Positions 54,901 through 64,000 of a stretch of 64,000 nucleotides of DNA are shown here, one piece after another. The first letter of the stretch is position 1; each line of letters opens with the position of its first letter. The translations under genes were made by a program, and so were the position numbers. Source of the DNA: Balanoglossus misakiensis (lineage: Eukaryota; Animalia; Hemichordata); NCBI GenBank assembly GCA_040954595.2, contig CM082594.2, positions 6,778,840 through 6,842,839 of the forward strand. The letters are read 5' to 3'. Below the pieces are notes generated by a model, which had not been told where the DNA came from, ran no database searches, and worked only from the letters and a program-made list of their open reading frames with translations.

Positions 54901-57900
54901 GGCCCGCAGGACTCGGCGTATACCGTTTACGTGACATTCTTTTGTGACGTCTCTGAAGAGCACTTCTATCCATTAGGTGCTAAAGGTAAATTCGGAACAA
55001 ATAAAGGATGTCTCGAGAGCAACAACTGATCCTTTCATGAGATCAACAGAGTCTTCGAATCACTCGCTTAAGAAGCCACCTCGTCGACCAGTTTCATTCC
55101 ATTTCCACAACTGACGATCTTCATGGCACTCGCACGTATCAAGGTACTCCTAGCGTATTTTCTTACAGCAAGACTGCAAAGTTTTTTCTTAATCCCCTGC
55201 TACCAACAAACAGTCGAGGAAAACACACATGTGTGTAATGTTTGTCAACGCGAAATAAAGAAATGCTGGGACTTGGCCAAGAGCGTTGCCGGGGCAACCA
55301 TTATCTGTGGAGTGAGTCCAGATGTGCTGCGAGCTGGCAACTAGCACAGCTTCACCGCATACAGAGAAAGAACGCAATATTTCACGGTCCTTCTTGTATT
55401 AAACGGCGATAAATCTGACTATTTGCAACAGACAAAAATCACACAGCTATTGGCAGATTTCCCTCAGTTGCCGTACAAGATAACAACAACTTGAAAATTC
55501 AACATTTGAATTCCAGTTTCTACATACTGTAAGGAAATCCATAACACTGTGATATATCAGCCATGACTCTATATTTGATGCCCATAGCTGTTTACTTTGC
55601 TCCATGGATTTATAGTTGACGCTCAAAGCGTTTTTTATCTAGGTTCTGTTTTGACAGTGCATAAAAGTTGACAGGCTTTGACAGTTCGTGATTCACCAGA
55701 GCCATAGGTCAACATTGAGGTAACTCACTGTTGACAAAAAGGTCAAAGGTAACAAGAAGTAAAGCTGTAAAGGTGAACTGAACAGCAAAAATAATGTCTA
55801 GTTTACAGATTAATGTACTTCATAAATTCGTCGTGTGTGGCAGTCAATGAGTGGCAGTGATAATATACCGTACAAATGCACATTAAGTATAAATGAAAAG
55901 TTTCGGAGATGTTATATGTGTGAAAGGGACAGCTATCTGGAATTTTCATCTTTGATGAATTCCCATCGGCTACCAATTGCACATAGAATATCTGGAACAG
56001 CCAAACAGCCAGTCAAGGAAGAAAAAGATGAATGGGCAAGAAATTCATAAAATAATGTAATATTCCTAATAATATCTTATATTAGATATTTTGGGGTATG
56101 CTTTGCTTTGCTGAAAAGTCGTAAATTACCATACCTCTCTCTCATGCACTGCTGAATGAGAATATATTATTTAAGATGTGGTTATATCATCAGAATCAAA
56201 TGAACTATTATAACACACTAAGATATAAGTCAATGATCCATACACTTGATAGCATCTCGTTGTGATTAAGGTTGCATACACACAGGCATAAGTCCCTTAT
56301 CCATTAAAATTTTGAGTTGGTACCATATGCTATTTAAAACCCCATAGATCTAGCAGTATCTATTATTAGTAATAAAAGGGGCTAATAACTGTTTATCTAA
56401 CATTATTATTCAAATTAAGTGAACTTTTTTTAGGTGTGTAACTGCATATAAAATTTGAGTCCAGAGTATTGAAGACCAACATGCCTCTTGTACAATGTGA
56501 GCACTTAGCCACAGATTTTGTGTTTTCTCTGACTACAAAATCAGCTACAAATTTGACTTGCAGAGAGGGGCCCATGATATCAGAGGTGTCATCAAATTCA
56601 TTGTGAAATATATGTTTAGATAGCTAGTACAAATATGTCTCCAATATCTCATATTTTCAGCATGTTTCGTCCAGAAATTGTACATTATTTCCCTCATACT
56701 GTGTACACTGTGAATCTCTGACCAAAAATGCTTCACCGGCAATGCTGTCATTAGCAGACAACTTCATTTGAATTGTACAAACATATTCCACTTCAAAAAA
56801 GCCTCAAAATATAGTTCTCTTATATAATATGTTCATATAAACCAAAGAAACATCTCCACTTTTCTGTTCCAAAATGCCATCAGTCTGACTCTAACAGGCA
56901 TGCCAACTGTTTTCCATTTTTAATCCAGCTATATCAGTATCTTCTTCGCTTCTGATACCGCGCATCTGATGCAACGAATTCATGCATGATAATGAGATGC
57001 TGATAAAGTTCACGCGAGGACACAGCGTTTCAAGGTCATCGTGTTTTTCCCTGCTGTAAGTCTCCCAGCAGTTTTTGATTGGGTGTGCGTTTCATTCCCT
57101 GCCGCGGCATGGCAGCGTTCCCGATCCAACGAAACAGATGAAGCCTTGTTTCTCGTTTCATATTATCATATACAGTTGATTACTAAAAACGAAAACTTGG
57201 ACAAAAAATAATGTTTTTTTCTGTGTGCCTTTAACCTTCAAATGTCATAAAGATGGTAAAAGGGAAAATGGAAATTCACAAAAGAGGAAATTTATTTCAC
57301 TTGATGAAAATAAATTAATGAACTCACACACACTCGAAAAATTTATGCGAAAACTCCTTCAAGCCTTCATACACTGAATAAAATTAAAGACATCCATTGA
57401 TTATCTGAAAACACAGTAAAACTGTTGCACCCAATTTAACAGCTTATGCTCAAGGACAAAATGGCTGCCTTCAGCATAAATAGTTCATCCACTGAATTTT
57501 ATAATTTAGTATGTGTGTCACAACTAGAGGTACCTGTACAGCGTTACCTGGAAGATTACCTTGTTTTGAATTAAATATAAAAATATTAACTGAAGTCACC
57601 ATCAATGATAGACCCTGCTGAATCAACATATTTGGAAGACATCCAGCTAGCCATACTGTGTACGTGCTGATTTTAAATGAGTTGAGTCTAGGTGGATGTC
57701 TTAGTCAAGGCGTTGTCGTGATTGCGCTTGCAATGGACATGAACAGTTGCACGTCCAAGACGGTCACAAACAGTATAAGACACTGACAATCTGATGGGTG
57801 ATGAAGGACTCAGAATAGATTACATAAAGTATCCATATTGTCATTTTGGCCAAAAAATTCAATTGATTCTTAGTATAGTCTTCATCACAAATTTTAATAA

Positions 57901-60787
57901 AATCTGTTCTAGCACACCTGTGAGTGATGGCTCCCCACATAACTTGATTAATAAACCTGCCAGATGGATATAAGTGGGGTGGGGTTCCCATCAGACAATT
58001 TGTGCCAGCACTACACAGGTGTGCGGATTTTAATTTTTATGATGGCCAAAATGACAAATGTTGACACGTCATGTCGGATTAGTACCAGGCTATAGTTTGG
58101 TCCAGGTAGAATCTGAGTCGAACTAGATTTATTTGTGTTTTATTGCTATATTTACTTCTCTACTGAAACGTACACAAGTTTTAATTCAATTATAATCAAA
58201 TGTGGATAATAGCTTGAAAATTACAACACTTGGTCTCTCCAAACAGGTACATTGTAAATTAAAAGAAAATACATGTTTGATCACAATATAATATTTCATA
58301 CTATGGGTTCAGTTACTCAGTTACTGTATTTCATATTTTGGATACACATGGTAGAATCGATGAACATCAAAGTTTATTTCAGCGCGTCACCATAGTTTCA
58401 ACAATCCCAGAGTGATAAACTGCACCAATAAAAATAGCTAACACACAGGTGGCACATACAAGGAGCTAAATTTAAAACTGTGACAGAACACAAGTGAGTT
58501 GAAGGGAGCTGTAAATTGAGGAGCATTTTTAGATGAGGTACCCTGAAAAAGACTATATCGTGCCCGTTTGACAAAATATAACAAATGAGAGCAAAAGTTG
58601 GCCACCTGTTGACAGCTAGGTCATATTCAGTTCATCAACCCTGTTGAACTGCAAATGACCCAGTTGATTCCCACAAAAGGCAAATGCATAGTGACCCAGC
58701 TTTACTTCAATGGGGAGAACCATGAAGTGAAAATTGTTTGTTTAGGAACAGATAAACTGGAAGTTTTTATCTAACTGATAAGTTGAGGGGGCAAACAGAC
58801 TTCTAGGTAGTGGTGACTGCTTGCATTCTGTTTCTCTTACAATAAAACCTTTTTCATCAACCATTGACATGATGAGCACCAAAGCGGAATATGCTTAGAT
58901 ATGGCACGTCGAAGAACCTCAGCCTTATCCGTGGCCATGATGGCCACACGTAATCACCTGATCTCCGTCAGCCAATCAGCAACAAGCTCTGTGACCTGGT
59001 CAGTGCACGATAATTCTCTGTCATCCAATCTGTGACAAGTCCTACTTCACCTAATCTGGTACACTGACAAAACAACAGCTGGCACTATCCTAGAAGTTGC
59101 AACTTTGACAAAATATTACAAATCTTCACTTGAAATGGAATGTCTGAAATTGCATGGCCACACTGATCTTGTACTGCAGGTCCACCTTGCTTTCTGCAAT
59201 TTTTCGTTTGTTTTTATTAATCAATGAAGCGAGACAAATCTGTTAAACGGTTCTTCACTCGATAAACATTGATAGATGGAAAAATAATATCCAAAAATAA
59301 CACATCAATTGTTTATTTTGCAAACGTACGACTTGCTCAGACTACTCTTTTAATGCACAACACGGTGATAAACCGCAATTTCACTCCAAATAGGACAAGG
59401 TTGAGGAAGGGACAATTTGAGTTCTTGAACACAAGAGGTGCAGCTTGACACGTAAACCTGTCAACAGTACCCGTACCAGGTACACCCATAACCTTCAGAA
59501 TTTTTTTAGACAACCTGGCAACAGCTGAGGGCCAAATAGTGCAGTCTACATTGTCAGTCATTTGCAAAACTGTAAATGTGTTTATATACACATCTAAGCA
59601 TACTTGGACCTACATTCTTCCACGAGGGTTATTGCCATACGCAACTTATTACTATATTGACCTACATTTCAAGGTCAGGAATGTCACCCCCCATGACCTT
59701 TGACAGGGAAGGACTTGCAAAGACACGCTCAACACACAACATCTTACATTTAGCCTCATCTACGTTGGGTTGTAAATTTCAAACGAAAATATCGTAAAGT
59801 ATTTAAAATCGATTTCTCGTTCACGCTTGCAATAAAATCCCATAGATTGCACAGTCAGGTACATTTGTGAGACAGTCTCAATCATAAATCCCAAATTCCT
59901 CTGCAATTTTACAAATCCAGCTTAATTCCTTGGCAATTTTTGAATTAAAAGCTTAAATCCCCGCAGCGACTTCATGAAATCGTACTATTAAAAACAGACT
60001 AAACGTGCTATCTCTTTTTTCAACACATACAATAATGCTTTGTTTGCCCGGATAGAAAGAACACCATCACAAAGTAGATCTTGGTGATAACCCTTCACTG
60101 TAGTGTACAATATTGTTTTGACCCGGCGCTGATTATTTGTATAACTGCCCGGTTTCCTAGCTAATATCAGACTTCGCCTCCTTACCGGGTTTACGACTGG
60201 GTCAGCTTTTATCAACAGGGCTTGGAACCTGCAAAAGTTGGCATGGTGTTTTATTAGCCTTAGAAACAGAGCTGTAGACAGCTACTGTGAACTACGGCGC
60301 ACATAATTATGTTGAAGGATCAGGCGATATAACTACTGTACCATTTATTATGCCATCGCCACACTATCAACTGCCTGAACACTCCCGGCCCACGTACCGC
60401 ATCCATTTGCAACGACTCCATTTCAACAGCAAATAAAACATGACAACCACTGACAACGAGGCTCTATCAACCACTATCTATCTATCTTCTGACAACAACA
60501 GCTCTATCACAAACTATCTATCTATACAGAGACAATGTTTAGTTTAAACAGTGTGGCTGAACCCATGTCAACATATTAGATGAGCTTATCATCATTATTG
60601 GACAATTTGACGTTTACGGTATGATTATAATTATTTCACACTTCATCCACACTGAATTGGCCAAAATGAATTTGTTGACAAAAAGTAAATTCTTAAATTG
60701 GTCTAACAATTAAACTGAGACTGTGGTCGATACACAGAAGAGAATTATACTAAAAACAAATTATCAGAAGTCACCACTACTGTCTGT

Positions 60788-60880
60788 TTAACCCTTTCAG
60801 CACTATGAGTTTAGCCCAAACCCATTCTTTTCTAAGAATGGTGAAGTTGGACCTCTATAAAGGAAAAAGGGGTGAAAGGG
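60788..60880. mobile_element. ~90-bp TTAA MITE family copy
   Basis: TTAACCCTTTCAGCAC ... GGACCTCTATAAAGGAAAAAGGGGTGAAAGGG. Confidence 0.65.
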
Positions 60881-63800
60881 ATATGATGTGCTCAGGTCAT
60901 GCACTTTGACAAATCTGAGCACTTGCTGGAGCTGGCCCAACACCTGTACCATTGTACATCACCCCCCCCCCTTCCCCCCCCCCCCAAAAAAAAAAAAATA
61001 AATAAATAAAATAAATACACTTCAGATCCCAGTGCCCTCTATTTTTCTCCTGTGGGAAACCAACTGAAAGGGAAATGATGTCAGGATGACACTGTTTGTA
61101 CTTGGTTCCATTTAGAAGGTAATAGCATATCAGGCCTGGCCATCACTCTTTCCCTTTCCAAAGCACTTGCCTTATTAATGATGCCAAACAAGCCACCGGG
61201 ACCTCGCCCCCACTAAGGTCAACAGGGCCCGCAGCCAATTACACATAAAGCAAAACCAATACGTCCTCACTTGGTAAAAAGTGCCAGCCTCGCATCTTAT
61301 TTGCGGAGAATAAAACTTTATACCGTGTTTGCGTAACTGCACTCCCCACACACTAGCATACAATCTATATTAATTTTATGTGTCAATATCTATACAGAGC
61401 ACCACTCGTAACGCTCACAATACACGCATTGTTGGAATACTTTACAGGTGTCCATCCATAGCTGACATTTAAAACGCATATAACCGGACTCGTGACGAGT
61501 GAATGAGCTCATTCTGGGTTTGAAACGCAAAGTGCGTGTTACGATGCATTTCGATCAATCGCTGGTGATGAACCACAGATTCTTGTGTCATCTTCAGCCA
61601 ATGCCGTTGAAAGATGGATTTCGCGCCACCGCTTTAATTGGCGGAAAGATGGATTTCACTTGGACGAAGTTCAACCATCTTGTCTACAAATGTCAGTTTG
61701 AGTATGTGCATATATCACATTAGTAACTGAGATATTCAGAACAGCTTGGCTCGAATCAATGAAGTCTGCACCTCGCTCGTTTGTGAAATGAAAACAACGA
61801 CAGGCATTTTATGTTAATTACTCATCACGTTAATTATTAAATGTGCTTTCTTGAAGCTATATCCACATTAAAGACACAACATCCAACCATTATGCAATCT
61901 GAAACAAAATCATTTTCTGACTCTGGTATAAAAAGACTTAGTTCAATCATTTATAAAAAAAAAAAAAAAGAGACTTCAATCAATCATTAGTTCAAGCCAA
62001 CCCTGTTTCGATAAAGGTTTGAAAGATATGAACTGAGAAATTTTAGGAATCAGCAAGCATGCTGTTTTGCAGGAGTTTATAGATGATATCATCAATCTGT
62101 GTACCCCATCAGGAGAATTGGATTGAGTCACCGAGGCAGCATTTACCAGGTCTGAAAGTTCTGTAACAAAACACCTATCCATCTTATTTATCCAGGAATA
62201 AATTTACAACAAAGGTCAACCGATCTGTCAGGATGACATCATCTGGGCAACGGATGGGTTCAGCTTGGCCTACATCATATGTGCATTCTATCGCTCGTTA
62301 GAATACATGCTATTTCATCGAAAGCAAAGGAGTTATGGATTTACATATTGCATCGTGATTCGGTTACTTGGTAAAGCAGGCTGTCGCCCACAGGCGAAGA
62401 ATATGTGCTTTCTCTGCATACGTACCAGAACACAGTCAAATATTAATCCTTTATTCTGTTCTAGCTTTTCATCTGGGAGGGGTCTTTTTCACAAACATTA
62501 CACAAAGTCTCAATCCGTTTCAATTTATGTTTAGCTTCAATACAGATAAACATTCGTAAACTAACTAAGGAGGCAAAGTTGCTATTTTGGCATTAAAGCC
62601 CCAGTAGCATATTTGATTCCTGCATCTCCTCTTGATGATTTTGTCACATGTATTTTTTCAGGCTTGTTTGTAAGCCACGTAGATAAACTGCACGATGACG
62701 TGGTTTCAAAAGTAACTCTTCCTGGGGAGTTTTAAGCCAACAGAACCACACATGAAAAAACCTTGCACGTACGCCAAGTTTCTACTTTAAATCTACGGTA
62801 AGCTTTCATAGGTAAACAGCACTCAAAGCAAACAATACAAAAAGGGCCGAAATTTTTACATCCAATTATCCGTTTGAAAAAAAAAAATTCACCAAGCTCT
62901 GCTGGAGTATGAAAATATACGTGTTTGTTACAGACACCCGTAACCTTTTCAGAACACTTCAGGTAGAGCTACTGACTGTTTAAAAAACCATTAGGGGTGG
63001 GTGCAGATCACACGTCCTGAGAAAGCTCAAACTGTTCACCTTTCAGGAAAACACTTGAATGCACAGCCACACAGGTGATTATCTGTGTGCCCTACACTGT
63101 TTTTCTGTAACACATGGCTGCCGCCTATTAATTTTCCGGTCAGCTGATAAACAATTACCCACGCTATGGGCCATAAAATGATAAAAGTTCTTTCATTTTT
63201 ACCCAACAGGAAACTGATGCTGGTAGCATATTTCAACACGAGAAATCAGAACTCATTGATTACTGGTATTTAGCCACATGGTACAATAAGTGGAAGTAAT
63301 GTAATTTAAAAGTGATTTGAAATGACGTTTTTTAAAAGAGACATTTTTTGTCAGTTGGTAAGGTTTATTACTTTCCTGTTATAATTCTAAGCATGAGATG
63401 AACCAAGTCTGAAAGTGAGAAATTCCCCTAAACTCAGTTTAAACAGCAGCCGTCATGAACTGCAGAGCCACCTTAATTAACTACTGGATCCACCACAGAG
63501 AACCGTTGTTGACCACACTCATTTTTCAATTACAAATACCCATAATAAAATCATTCCCAGGTTGGCGTACTAAAAATGTAATTCATAAGGAATCATGCTT
63601 CTGCAGTAAATGCCGAGGTTGACATGTTCTAGAAAGGAGAAGTTGCTGACATCTGACCGGTTATCATAATGCATAATGTTTTACACAGGAAGTTATTGTG
63701 TGTTTACGCTTTACTGGATTAAAGCTGAGAAATACTGCTTCTTGGCACTGAAAGTACAGTTCAGCTGCTGCCATAATTTTTCCCCCATGCTTCCATCCCA

Positions 63801-63925
63801 GTATGAAAGTTGATATATGCAGAGAACAATTTGCAAAATAAAATAGAAAAACTAACGCACACTTTCTCTTTAAAAGAAATCATCTTTGAAACAAACATGT
63901 TCTATCGGTCAATTCAGTACTTTTG

Positions 63926-64000
63926 CCCTTTCACCCCCAGTTCCCCTCTATAGAGGTCCAACTTTGCCATAGAAACTATAGACTTGGACCAAACCATCGT
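63926..64000. mobile_element. ~90-bp TTAA MITE family copy, cut by the window end
   Basis: CCCTTTCACCCCCAGTTCCC...AGGTCCA...TTGGACCAAACCAT, colinear with 37633-37704. Confidence 0.62.

Noticed and set aside
59337-59591. Minus-strand ORF with RFTCQA as the missing Ig1 exon
   Set aside because: Lacks the Ig Trp and the DxGxYxC motif, and has no fitting splice sites. Ig1 probably lies beyond 64000.

Overview
Eukaryotic, intron-rich, AT-rich DNA. It is most likely an invertebrate deuterostome such as a hemichordate; this is inferred from gene content and architecture, not demonstrated. Two convergent genes, both 5'-truncated by the window edges. (1) Plus strand, 391-19079, 12 exons, about 5,080 codons visible: a giant membrane-bound mucin. 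One 13.5-kb exon holds about 27 x 18-bp and 109 x 120-bp PTS repeats. It is followed by 3 Sushi/CCP modules, a SEA-like domain lacking the GSVVV cleavage motif, an intron-split EGF module, a TM helix and a Tyr-rich tail. The third Sushi carries an inserted RRRRR-Q furin-type site. (2) Minus strand, 48415->27850, 17 exons, about 1,168 codons visible: a protogenin (PRTG/IGDCC)-like receptor with Ig2-4, 5 FN3, TM and a tail ending -STV. Its signal peptide and Ig1 exons were not found and presumably lie beyond 64000. The most notable hidden signal is a cluster of seed matches for let-7, miR-125, miR-100 and miR-9 in the terminal coding exons and putative 3' UTR of the protogenin-like mRNA, including an adjacent let-7 8mer / miR-125 8mer pair. 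Several small MITE-like elements and simple repeats are also present. All exon models come from manual splice-site and phase reading and were not checked against transcripts.
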